DNA of 64,000 bases from Octopus bimaculoides (lineage: Eukaryota), in the NCBI RefSeq assembly GCF_001194135.2, contig NC_068986.1:105687531-105751530 (forward strand), given 5' to 3'. This document shows, piece after piece, positions 12,375-23,629 of this stretch. Positions within the stretch are counted from its first letter, which is position 1; every line of letters starts with the position of its first letter. The notes under the pieces are model-generated. The model was not told the origin of the DNA. It searched no databases and saw nothing but the letters and a program-made list of their open reading frames with translations. Both the position numbers and the translations under genes were made by a program.

Positions 12375-12601
12375 TTATTTGGTCACTGCGAATGATTTCT
12401 TGTTGCGCACTCGTAAGATGACCTCGACAATTGCGTAGCCTAACATGCCAAAAAAGAGAAAACCGAGGCAGATATAGAGTCTGATAGCGATATTCACATT
12501 TGTAGAGTAGAGAAATGTCATGACGAAGCCAACGGATTCCCAGAGACGGTAGTTTGCGAAGGCAGCTTCTGTGTTGTTACTGAACAGGAAACCGTAGAGC
12601 G
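12375..12601 (-). CDS. UNC93A: UNC-93-like protein A, last coding exon
   Basis: ctcttctccag|CG completes GCG; translation (A)LYGFLFSNNTEAAFANYRLWESVGFVMTFLYS...RLYICLGFLFFGMLGYAIVEVILRVRNKKSFAVTK* (EAAFANYRLWES is a family hallmark). Stop TAA at 12377-12375. Absent from the ORF track because it has no start codon. Confidence 0.93.
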
Positions 12602-12721
12602 CTGGAGAAGAGAAGAGTTATAGATTAAGTATTGGGTTAGTACGTCCGTACACAGACATACAAACACATGCAGGTATGTGTATGTGAGAGAGAGAGAGGT
12701 GAGCGGGGTTACGTATGTAGG

Positions 12722-12741
12722 TAGGTAGGTAGGTAGGTAGG

Positions 12742-12803
<62 letters not shown>

Positions 12804-13193
12804 GACAGAGAGAGAGAGAGAGACAGAGAGAGAGAGACAGATAGATAGATAGACAGAGAGAGACAGAGAGATAGATAGACAGATAGACAGAGAGAGACAG
12901 AGAGAGACAGAGAGAAAGAGAGAGAGATAGACAGACAGATAGATAGATAGACAGAGAGAGAGAGAGAGAGAGAGAGATAGACAGAGAGAGAGAGAGATAG
13001 AGAGACAGAGAGATAGATAGACAGAGAGAGACAGAGAGATAGATAGACAGATAGAGACAGAGAGAGACAGAGAGAGACAGAGAGAGACAGAGAGAAACAG
13101 AGAGAAACAGAGAGAGATAGACAGACAGATAGATAGATAGACAGATAGACAGAGAGAGACAGAGAGAGACAGAGACAGACAGACAGACAGATA
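12722..13193. repeat. Compound (AG)/(AGAT)/(AGAC) microsatellite in the last UNC93A intron
   Basis: Direct reading. Confidence 0.95.
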
Positions 13194-13278
13194 GTGTAAC
13201 AGCAGGCTTGATAGAAGCATTCAGCATTTCGTGGCTCTCTTCACTAAATGTATCATTAGGAAACTAAGATATACTCAC

Positions 13279-13349
13279 CATTAATCTGGGTCTGGATAAC
13301 GGCGTCTCCCATTCCCCATAAACCGGAAACCACGTAAAATATGACAACC
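13279..13349 (-). CDS. UNC93A: UNC-93-like protein A, penultimate exon, 3' part only (5' part runs into N-gap 13350-13840)
   Basis: VVIFYVVSGLWGMGDAVIQTQIN matches the family motif LWGxxDAVxQTQxN. Donor AAT G|gtgag (phase 1). Confidence 0.88.
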
Positions 13350-13840
13350 NNNNNNNNNNNNNNNNNNNNNNNNNNNNNNNNNNNNNNNNNNNNNNNNNNN
13401 NNNNNNNNNNNNNNNNNNNNNNNNNNNNNNNNNNNNNNNNNNNNNNNNNNNNNNNNNNNNNNNNNNNNNNNNNNNNNNNNNNNNNNNNNNNNNNNNNNNN
13501 NNNNNNNNNNNNNNNNNNNNNNNNNNNNNNNNNNNNNNNNNNNNNNNNNNNNNNNNNNNNNNNNNNNNNNNNNNNNNNNNNNNNNNNNNNNNNNNNNNNN
13601 NNNNNNNNNNNNNNNNNNNNNNNNNNNNNNNNNNNNNNNNNNNNNNNNNNNNNNNNNNNNNNNNNNNNNNNNNNNNNNNNNNNNNNNNNNNNNNNNNNNN
13701 NNNNNNNNNNNNNNNNNNNNNNNNNNNNNNNNNNNNNNNNNNNNNNNNNNNNNNNNNNNNNNNNNNNNNNNNNNNNNNNNNNNNNNNNNNNNNNNNNNNN
13801 NNNNNNNNNNNNNNNNNNNNNNNNNNNNNNNNNNNNNNNN
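13350..13840. other. Assembly gap expected to hide UNC93A coding sequence
   Basis: The exon runs into the Ns. Other gaps: 8046-8420, 15862-16035, 34022-34031, 36822-36831, 40256-40400, 41578-41587, 42044-42143, 42993-43002, 49796-50000, 52640-53441, 57401-57670, 59638-60062, 63235-63252. Confidence 0.85.
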
Positions 13841-13883
<43 letters not shown>

Positions 13884-14226
13884 ATATGTATTTGTGATTG
13901 CCCCCCACCCCACCATCGTTTGACAACCGATGTTGGTGTGTTTAATCCCCGTAACCCTAGCGGTTCGGCAAATGAGACCGATAGAAGTATGTACTTCAGC
14001 TGCATTTCTTCACCTCCACGTGTAGGTGCTACTGACCGATTCGACGTAAGCTCCACAGTTATGCAAATGCCATCGGGCAAACGGATCCCTAACGCATGGA
14101 AAAGGACAAAGCCTACCCGTCACGTACTCGTTCGGCATTCATTGATTGTAGACTTGAGGTTTTAAATCAAACATCTGCTTCTGCTTATTGGGCGAGCCGG
14201 GTCATAATCTCAGTGTTTTAAACATC

Positions 14227-14390
14227 ACTTTCCTTTTCATTATTTACATTTGACGGATATTTGTCTTCATCTTGTTTGTTGATGACACAACGTTTCGGCT
14301 GATATACTCTCCAGCCTTCATCAGGTGTCTCGGGGAAATTTCGAACCTGCATTCTCATTATTATTCAGGTCACTGCCGGGAATCGAACTT
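14227..14390 (-). mobile_element. Family D SINE, 5'-truncated at the B box, head-to-head with the 14391-14594 copy
   Basis: Minus strand reads AAGTTCGATTCCCGGCAGTGACCTGAATAATAATGAGAA...GACACCTGATGAAGGCTGGAGAGTATATCAGCCGAAACGTTGTGTC...CAAATATCCGTCAAATGTAAATAATG. Confidence 0.85.
14284..14329 (-). ncRNA. Minimal type I hammerhead ribozyme, intact core
   Basis: Stem I GACAC/GUGUC, core CUGAUGA plus an extra A, stem II GGCUG/CAGCC with a 10-nt loop, GAAA, palindromic stem III ACGU, GUU triplet. Predicted cut between 14289 and 14288. Confidence 0.8.
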
Positions 14391-14594
14391 GGGCATATGG
14401 CGTAGTGGTTAAGAGCGCGGGCTACTAACCCCAAGATTCCGAGTTCGATTCCAAGCAGTGACCTGAATAATAATAACAAGAACAACATCGAAAAGTACCT
14501 TAGGAATGAGAACCTGGGTTCGAAATTTCGGCCAAGACACCTGATGAAGGCTGGAGGGTATATCAGCCGAAGCGTTGTGTTAACAACAAACAAG
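14391..14594 (+). mobile_element. tRNA-derived SINE with hammerhead-ribozyme tail (family D)
   Basis: A box TGGCGTAGTGG, anticodon-like arm GGG-CTACTAA-CCC, B box GAGTTCGATTCC, (AAT)n spacer, then GACAC-CTGATGA-A-GGCTG-N10-CAGCC-GAAG-CGTT-GTGTT. The 3' end is cut off by a family C SINE at ~14597. Confidence 0.85.
14536..14581 (+). ncRNA. Minimal hammerhead ribozyme, GAAA>GAAG variant (probably impaired)
   Basis: Same fold as 14284-14329, but A15.1>G at 14572; stem I is GACAC/GUGUU. Confidence 0.65.
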
Positions 14595-14824
14595 AAAGCG
14601 GCGAGCGGGCAGAAACGTTAGCACGCCGGGCGAAATGCTTAGCGGTATTTCGTCTGCCGTTATGAAATAAAGCTTCTTTCCCCACGACCACTCCTGCGCC
14701 TGAATAAATATTTTCAGACAATATGCCATGTGTAATGCGTGGTGGGGAGAGTAGTTCTCTATAGTAAATTTTCTGGAAAATAGAGCGTGACTCTATATGT
14801 TTGTATGTGTGTCTGTCAGTCTTT

Positions 14825-14998
14825 CTATCTATCTGTCTGTCCCTCTCTCGTTCCTCTCTATCGCTCTCTCTCCCTCTCCCGTTCCTCTCTATCGCTCTCT
14901 CTCTCTCTCTCCCGTTCCTCTCTATCGCTCTCTCTCTCTCTCCCCCGTTCCTCTCTATCGCTCTCTCTCTCTCTCTCCCCCGTTCCTCTCTATCGGTC

Positions 14999-15040
<42 letters not shown>
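14825..15040. repeat. Pyrimidine minisatellite (CCGTTCCTCTCTATCG(CT)n)
   Basis: Five units, direct reading. Confidence 0.9.
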
Positions 15041-15046
<6 letters not shown>

Positions 15047-15589
15047 AATACGTGCAAGAAATGACTTTCATTTAAAACGACTCACTTATTTTTCCTGAGC
15101 CTTAAGTCTGTTTATATATGATTGCGGGTTCAACCCCATTACGTAGGACCTTGGGCAAGTGTCTTCCACTATAGCCTCGAGTCGACCAAAGCCTTGCAAA
15201 CGGAATAGCCCCGTCGTGTGTGTGTGTGTGTGTGTGTCTTGGTATCTGTCTGTCCCCTACTCCCTTTTTACAACCGAAGTTTCTATGTTTATATCCCTGC
15301 AAATTTCTATCAGTTTCCTTTGCCGAAACGCTAAGTACCAGGCTTTTAAGAAACACAAGTACTGAGGTCGATTCATTGGGCTAAAAATACTTCAAGGCTG
15401 AGCCCCAGCATGGCCGCAGTTTAATGGCTAAAACAAAAATAAAACTCTCTTTACACATCAAGAATCAAATATTTTTAGTGGTGGGCACGAAAACCGTATC
15501 TAATGTAGATACTGGCAAATAGCAATGCAGGAGCAGAATATATAAGTTCTAAATTTGGTGGATAATTGCAGTTATTTCAGGAATTAAGT

Positions 15590-15861
15590 CGGCGAGCTGG
15601 CAGAATGGTTAGCACGCCGGGCGGAATGCTTAGCGTTATTTCGTCTGTCTTTACGTTCTGAGTTCAAATTCCACCGGGGTCGACTTTGCCTTTTATCCTT
15701 TCGAGGTCAATAAATTAAATACCAGCTGCGTACTGATGGTTGATGTAATCGACTGGCCATCCCCCCCCCCAAAAAAAAAAATTGGGGGCATTGTGCCTAG
15801 AAAAGAATAAATTTAAAAAGCGGTGAGGTGGCAGAATCGTTAGCACGCCGGGCGGAATGCT
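15590..15861 (+). mobile_element. Family C SINE plus the start of a second unit
   Basis: Homology to family C; runs into a gap. Confidence 0.8.
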
Positions 15862-16184
15862 NNNNNNNNNNNNNNNNNNNNNNNNNNNNNNNNNNNNNNN
15901 NNNNNNNNNNNNNNNNNNNNNNNNNNNNNNNNNNNNNNNNNNNNNNNNNNNNNNNNNNNNNNNNNNNNNNNNNNNNNNNNNNNNNNNNNNNNNNNNNNNN
16001 NNNNNNNNNNNNNNNNNNNNNNNNNNNNNNNNNNNACCATATACGTACTGGCGTCGATCTAGAGTAGAAAAGAATGTGAGAACCATTCGATTACTGGCGG
16101 TTGATGTAATCGACTACTCACTCCCCAAAAATTTCAGGCCTTGTGTCTATAATAGAAAGGATTATTTCGAGAATTCTTTCTTTT

Positions 16185-16378
16185 TATTCTTTTACTGGCT
16201 TCAGTCATTTGACTGCGGCCATGCTGGAGCACCGCCTTTAGTCGAACAGATCGACCTCGGGACTTATTCTTTGTAAGCCTAGTACTTATTCTATCGGTCT
16301 GTTTTGCCGAACTGCTAGTTTACGGGGACGTGAACACACCAATATAGGTTGTCAAATGATAGTGGGGGACAAACACAG

Positions 16379-16416
<38 letters not shown>

Positions 16417-16568
16417 CGACAGGCTTCTTTCAGTTTCCGTCTACCAAATTCACTCACAAGGCTTTGGTCGGCCCGAGGCTATAGTAGAAGACATTTGCCC
16501 AAGGCCACACGCAGTGTGACTGAACCCAGAATCATGTGGTCGGTAAGCTACCTTCTGGCCACACACCC
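16185..16568 (-). mobile_element. SINE family B
   Basis: Homology to 1360-1722. Confidence 0.85.
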
Positions 16569-16849
16569 TGGGAACGACTATACAATTTAATTACGCAATC
16601 AAAATGTTAAGTCTTCTTGTTTTCTGTTGATAGTTTGGTCTCATGGTGAACTAAAACTGACTTACCAAGTATGAAGAAAGGAATATGGCCAACCCATTGT
16701 ACCATTCTACCGAACGAGAAAGAACATATTGCGTCAACCACACCAAAACTGATCATAATATAACCAATATTCCACACACCGAGCGAACACGTGATGTAAG
16801 CCTAGAAAAACCAAAAGAAAGAATTAGGAATATCAAAATATATATTGTT

Positions 16850-17066
16850 TGTTATTTCTTTACTACCCACAAGGGGCCAAATATAGAGGGGACAAACAAG
16901 GACAGACAAACGGATTAAGTCGATTATATCTACCCCAGTGCGTAACTGGTACTTATTTAATCGACCCCGAAAGGATGAAAGGCAAAGTCGACCTCGGCGG
17001 AATTTGAACTCAGAACATGAAGACAGACGAAATATTGCTAACGTTTCTGACAGCTTGCCGCCTTAA
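16850..17066 (-). mobile_element. Family C SINE
   Basis: Homology to family C. Confidence 0.82.
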
Positions 17067-17129
17067 AATATGTATTGTTTGAATCGTTGAGTATGTGTAC
17101 GCATGCGCGTGTTTTATCTTTTACTAGAT

Positions 17130-17540
17130 TCATGCGTTTGACAGCAGCTACGCTAGAGTACCGCCTTTGAGGGTATTAGCCGAACAAATCGTCCTCAGGG
17201 CTTACTTTGCATAATTTTTCAAACCTAACGTTCTATTGGTCTCTTTTGCCAGGCCGCTAAGTTACAAGGACGTATTCACACCAATACTGGTTGTGTGGCG
17301 GGGGAACAAAAAACTGGTACATACATACGTACATTTTAATTATACATACATACATACATACATACATACATACACGACGGGCTTCTTTCAGTTTCTGTCC
17401 ATCAAATCAACTCACAAGGCTTTGGTCGGCCTGAGACTATAGTAAGAAGGCACTTGCCCAAGGTACCACGCAGTGGGACTGAACGTGGATCCATGTTGCT
17501 GGGCAGCAAGCTTCTTACCACACAGCTGCTACTCCTGCGC
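17130..17540 (-). mobile_element. SINE family B, diverged
   Basis: Homology to 1360-1722. Confidence 0.75.
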
Positions 17541-18525
17541 CTATATGTGCATAATTCTCACAAATGAGTTACAGAAAAGGTAATAATTGGAGATTAGTGG
17601 CTAATTATAACCTAATAGTACCTGGACAGACAGGTTTCTCTTCCTAGTTAGTGTAAGAGGACGATTAGAATGATGTAGTAAATGCACGCTGGGAACATGT
17701 GGAAGTAGCAGATGGAAGAGATTAGAGTGAAGTTTCTCTCAGGTGCTCAAACGTTTCTGGCAGGCTTTAAATGGGTTTCTCAAATGCGCCACTATGGTCT
17801 CGTTCAAAGCGCAGCAACCCTTCCAGATAGAATTTAAATGAAGACTTCTTTGGGTTAGCAAAGTAGGGGTAGTATTTTCTATAATTCAAGGTGGTTAGCT
17901 ATACAGACAACAACTTTGTTATTTGCACGGTAATCCTAGACAGGAACCCAATTATCAGAAGTTGAATACCACGTTCCTTGCATGGAAAACATATGGAGAG
18001 TTTTCCGGTGGTGAGCAACGGACAAGAGGCAGTAATCCCTCTCAACCGGGACAAATCGGTGGGATTGGAACTCGGCATCCTCTCTCGCTAGACTTTGGTT
18101 ACTGGTTAGGTGCACATTGAGGGACTAAATGAGGGATCGATAAAGGAACTAAACAAAATGTGTCTCTGAAAGGTCCGGCAGAGGTGACCAGCGCTTAAAA
18201 TTATCCTACCTTTTTATTTTTCTTATTTATTTTCACTATATCCTGTTCTTTCCTCCTCTCTTTTTCTCCTATCCGATGATGGAAAATGTCCGAAACGTTA
18301 CTAACCATTAACTCCTTTCATTTCCCTGGTTGTCAGGCTTTCGAAAAAGTTGGTAACCAAATCTTATTTAGGAATCACAGTCTAATGTAGTCTTAGACAC
18401 TGGTCACAGCATCTTAGACAGGAAGGTTACACCTGCAGTGCTTTAGAACATAGCTCTGCTCAATAAAAACTGATCTAGGCCTCAAAGGGGAGATATTTCA
18501 TATAAACGAAAGAAAACATACTTAC

Positions 18526-18759
18526 ACTTGTGTAGCTACTGAGAATAAAGGCTTGTTCAATGCCACTGTATATTGTTAAAGGAATCAACAGCTTCTGTTC
18601 TTTAGACAACCAGCAATGTCGTAGAGTCTCTCTAACTAAAATTATGCTGAAGCTTCTTCGTCCTTTTTCTTTCTCCAAACGAACGTTATCCAAGAAAAAG
18701 CATATAATTAGAATCGCCACAATACAACAGGCAAGATAGATTCCTCTCATTATATTCAC
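18526..18759 (-). CDS. UNC93A: UNC-93-like protein A, coding exon 3 (234 nt)
   Basis: ttttctttcttttcag|GTG...; translation VNIMRGIYLACCIVAILIICFFLD...KEQKLLIPLTIYSGIEQAFILSSYTS (LLIPLTIYSGxEQAF is an UNC-93 motif). Donor AGT|gtaagt, phase 0-0. Confidence 0.9.
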
Positions 18760-18849
18760 CTGAAAAGAAAGAAAATAAATAATTAACAGTATGTCATAGC
18801 AGCGTCTGTTAAAAAGACCTATAAAGGAATTGGGAGGTTCATTATACCA

Positions 18850-19198
18850 GAAAACGAGCACACACACTGGTTCCATTTCACTTCTTTATTATTCGTCAAT
18901 TGGTTAACTATTTAACTAATTAACTAGTCGATTGTTTCATTAATCGTTTGGTCAATCAATCAATCAGTTGTGCTTGTCAAATTCCATTCGGGATCTCTTC
19001 AATAACCCAGAGTAGAAAGAGGATGTCATCGAAGAGGTTGCGATGGCAACGGAGAGACTTTGGCAACTACAGCTGATTGACTAATTGATTGATTAAGTGA
19101 ACGATTAATCAAACAAACGATTAGTAACGGGATTAAATAGTTAACTAATTGACGAACAATATAAGAAAAAGTAAACTGGAACCAGTGCGTGTGTTTCC
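18850..19198. mobile_element. Old foldback/MITE with ~130-bp diverged arms
   Basis: CACACACTGGTTCCA...TTCGTCAATTGGTTAACTATTTAA pairs with TTAAATAGTTAACTAATTGACGAA...TGGAACCAGTGCGTGTG. Confidence 0.65.
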
Positions 19199-19304
19199 TA
19201 TTGGTAGAATGACCCTCCCGAAATACTCATAAATGTGTTCCAATACACGAGTTCGCACCAAAAATCTAGCAAGCCAAATACAAAAACGAGCCATAAAGGT
19301 AACT

Positions 19305-19684
19305 CTCTTTTACTTCTTTCAGTCCTTTGACTGCGGCCATGCTGGAGCACCTCCTTTAGTCGTGCAAATCGACCCCAGGACTTATTCATTGTAAGCCTAG
19401 TACTTATTCTATCGGTGTCTTTTTGCCGAACCGCTAAGTTACGGGGACGTAAACACACCAGCATCTGTTTTCAAGCGATGGTGGGGGGACAAACACAGAC
19501 ACACAAACATATATATATATATATATACGACGGGCTTCTTTCAGTTTCCGTCTACCAAATCCACGCACAAGGCTTTGGTCGGCCCGAGGCTATAGTAGAA
19601 GACACTTGCCCAAGATGCCACGCAGTGGGACTGAACCCGGAACCATGTGGTTGGTAAGCAAGCTACTTACCACACAGCCTCTCC
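19305..19684 (-). mobile_element. SINE family B
   Basis: Near-consensus copy. Confidence 0.87.
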
Positions 19685-20670
19685 TTCACCTGTATATAAA
19701 ACTAATATAAACATGGAGGGTGGCTCCCTCGGGTTTTGTGGATGGTCCCATTTTTTTATCCTAACATTTCGTATCGCCTCTACATCATTATCGTCCCTGA
19801 CCCCAACATTTTTACCAGTCACTTCCCCGCAAAACCTGATGTTCATCATTGACTATACCCCCCGCCTGTGTGTCCTTTCACTGCGTCCACCTCTGTCCCT
19901 GTCTCTAACCATCTCTCACACGCCCTTCGCAAACTTACCCACCCACCTAGTCTACCTAATCCCTGATCCCTATTCTCATTTTTACATTCACTTTGTACCT
20001 TGAGATTGCGCTCTCAATAACACTGTCTGACCCTCTCTCTCTTTCTCCACCTTTCTCTCTCTTCTCTCCTTCTCTCCTCCTAAGGAAGCCATGAATTTCC
20101 TCTTCAGCGAGACATCTATTCCAATCCCGCCATCATAATTTCTCCTCTCTCCCTCCCTCTATTTTTCTCCTCGCTCCTCTCCTTCTCTCTACCTTTCTCC
20201 TCTCTCTTCTCTCCCCCACCTCTCTCTCTATCTCTCTCTCTCTCCAGGTAGGAAAGCCCCGAATTTCCGCTTCCGCTAGACACCTATTCCAATTCCGCTA
20301 CCATAACTTCTCCTCCCACCTCCACTCACTTGACGGGTCTCGTCTTGCGGCTTACATGGTCACCTCGCTAGTGCAGATGACACATAAAAATGCACCCAGT
20401 ACACTCTTAAAGTGGTTGGCGTTAGGAAAGGCATCCAACCGGAAATGAGTATACCGAAGCAGACAATTGAGTTCGGTGCAGGCCTCTGCTTTGTCAGCGT
20501 CTGATGAACCATGAAACCCATGCCAGCACGGAAAACGGATTTTGATTATGATGATGGTGATGTTGATAGTGTGGTGGTGGAGTGATTGAGCGAGTGAGTG
20601 AGGCTACACTCACACTCATTTAGTAACATATGTAGAGTGAGATAGAGACGATACGTAATTAGACATATGG

Positions 20671-20709
<39 letters not shown>

Positions 20710-21193
20710 GTAAACGAGCATGGCTTAGAGTTTCGCTTTGCATCCAGCTGGTTTCGGATTCAGACCCACTGTATGACACATTGGGGGACTTCTTTTATAG
20801 CCCTGGGCCGACTAATGCTTTGTGAGTGAATTTGATAGACGGAAAATGTAAAGAAGACCGTCGTGCGTGTGTGTGTGTATCTCTTGAGGCCTGCTAGTGC
20901 CTTGCAAACCTTTTGGAAAAGGGAACAAGTTGAGGACTGAACCCGGAACCATGTAGTTCGTAAGTAAGCTACTTTCCACACAGCCACTCCTACGCCTATC
21001 AATATTTCTTTTTACATCACCCCATTCTGGCCACTCAATTATCATCCCACTTATCTCCAACACCCCATGGATCTTTCCACCGCTCCCAAGGGGAAAGTAC
21101 TGCCCACTTTGGGAACCACTGCTTTAAGTTACTCTGAGTATGCTTAGATACTCTGAGTATGCGACTGAAATATTTATGTACAATTTCTCTTAC

Positions 21194-21345
21194 CTGATGT
21201 TCGTCCACAGAGGAAATTGGTGGCGGACCCGAGGAATTTAAATCATATTTAGCGCCACAGGATATGCTTGACGCGTTATAATCCGAAGGGTGATTAGTCT
21301 TCTGGCCGAGTACCAATGAGGAAATAAGATTTCCCCATATTTGGG
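21194..21345 (-). CDS. UNC93A: UNC-93-like protein A, coding exon 2 (152 nt)
   Basis: tacag|CC CAA ATA TGG GGA AAT CTT ATT TCC TCA gives (S)QIWGNLISSLVLGQ...SCGAKYD...EHQ, which completes the phase-1 codon and continues the conserved FQSSQIWGNLISS motif. Donor CAG|gtaag (phase 0). Confidence 0.92.
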
Positions 21346-22699
21346 CTGTAAAATATAAATAAGGATTTCAAACACTGGCAGAAAAACCACATGTTAAGTG
21401 AGGAGAAAGCAGCAGTTTATATCAATCCCAGTATTTCGTTAAAACTTGTTCTATGGGCACTGGAAGGATGTAGTTTAAAAAATCGGAATCGTTTTCTTTA
21501 CTCTTCTGCTATTGCTAAAACAAATAGCTGATGGAAATCTTTTGGGAGATGTTAAAGTAAAGTTCCTTCCCGAATCACATCGACTCATAAGGACGGTTTC
21601 TTGGTTTCCGTGTCGTATATATTCCACACGTAGAGGGGACGCCAGTCCGTAGCCGGATTACTCATTTTTGCCAGCTGAGCGAACTGGAGCAACGTGAAAT
21701 GAAGTGTTTTGCTCAAGAACATAGCGGCGGAATTCGAACTAACAACGTAAAAGGAGAAACTAGATACCGTAAAGGCATTTTGCTTGCTGATCTATCGATT
21801 CTATCATCCGTCGATTTCAAGAGAACTACCGATTGCGGATGAGCTGGTGATATTTTCTTTTCTACTCTAGGCACAAGACCAGAAACCTTTGGGGAGTGGG
21901 CCAGCTGGTACTTAATTTTTCGACCTCGAAAGGATGAATAGTAAAGTTGACCTCGGCGAAATTTGAACTCAGAACATAAAGACAGAAGAAAGACTGCTAA
22001 GTACTGGTGAGATATTACAAAGACCCATATAGTTGTAATGATGAGTTACTGGTCAACAAACAGGTTATTGATAACTTAAGAATGAATAAGACGATGAAGA
22101 AAGGTACTAACGACCCTGAGCATGGCACGAACTGATTGCCAAGAGGCTTTTGGGCGAGGGGGGCGTCCCTACACGTAGAACTTGTTTCATAAGCCATAAG
22201 TAAGGAATATTGATAATACACAAATATATCAAACATGTCGCGTCATCATCATCTTCAGCATCAGTAACATCATCATCGATTTTGCAAATTTATGTATAGA
22301 AATAAAAGAGGAATTATTATAAGTCATCCTACTCTACGTGGAGGGCTGCGACTGCAAGAACTAAGGGAGTGGTAGCGAGCGAGAGGGGTGAAAGGAGTGA
22401 AAGAGAGGAGATAGATAAGGGGAAAGCTGGGGAGTGAGACATAGAAGTAAGGAGAGGGAGAGTAAAAAGGAAAGAGGAGGGAACGATAGTGGGGAGAGAG
22501 AGAAAAAGAGAAATATGGGAGGGAGATAGAGGAGAAGTTGGAGAAAAAATTCCGGAAATTACGGACAGATTCGGAGAAAATTTATGGGAAAAAATAACGT
22601 GATACGGTAACATCTCCATTTGACGCCTTAAATCACGACGGTAAGTTTTAGAATGTTAAAAGGACGTACACACGGAAACAAGCCAATGAAGGCATACAT

Positions 22700-22900
22700 T
22701 GCTATACTTCTGGTGAGTGATTTCAATTTTGCCAATATCAAATGGACGAAAGGCAACATAATCTCAGGAATGAAACACCATTGAAAGAATCAAGCGAGAT
22801 CCCTAAATGATGTTCGTAGAACAAATGATAGTGTACCCGACATTTTGTACATCTGATTTACTAATAAGCAATGGTGGCTCGTGTACAGGCACTGCGGAAC
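22700..22900 (+). mobile_element. CR1/L2-like LINE endonuclease relic
   Basis: Reads ILLVSDFNFANIKW, resembling the APE motif GDFNxPxIxW; otherwise stop-riddled. Confidence 0.45.
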
Positions 22901-23107
22901 TGCAGCACCTCCGATTCCCATTCGATATTATTGATAACATTCAATATAATGAATCCGTTTTACTTTAATCCTTTCTTTATACTTGTTCATTGTATAATCC
23001 TAAAGCTTAATGTCTGTAGCCATCTCCTAGTTTAGGAACAAAATACAAAAATCGTTGTCAAGAATAAAATGTTTTGAATGGTACAACAATGCACTATAAT
23101 ACTAACA

Positions 23108-23141
<34 letters not shown>

Positions 23142-23282
23142 TCTACGTTTTTAAACATACAAATTTGAAACCTTGGAAATATAAACAATGAGGACGACCC
23201 TTAAGGAATCTAATCAATGATTCTTTGGGGTGAAGTCTTATGCTATATTGGTAACGATTATGAAATTTACTTGAAAATTATA

Positions 23283-23342
<60 letters not shown>

Positions 23343-23346
23343 GTTC

Positions 23347-23629
23347 TTGGCACTCCGTCGCTTACGATATCGAGGGTTCCAGTTGATCCGATCAACAGAA
23401 CAGCCTACCCGTGAAATTACCTTGCAAGTGGCTAAGCACTCCACAGACACGTGTACCCTTAACGTAGTTCTCGGGGATATTCAGCATGACACAGTGTGAC
23501 AAGGTTGACCCTTTGAATTACAGGTACAACAGAAACAGGAAGAGTACAGCAGGGTTCGCGACCATCCCCTGCCGGAGCCTCGTATGACCGCGAGTCCGCT
23601 GCCCTAACCACTGGGCCATTGCGCCTCCA
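23347..23629 (-). mobile_element. SINE family A, internally deleted
   Basis: Homology to 4741-5116, missing the B-box region. Confidence 0.82.

Noticed and set aside
20495-20525. CTGATGA-ACCAT-GAAA motif
   Set aside because: No stem II or stem I can form; it lies in the tail of a SINE fragment ending in (GAT)n.
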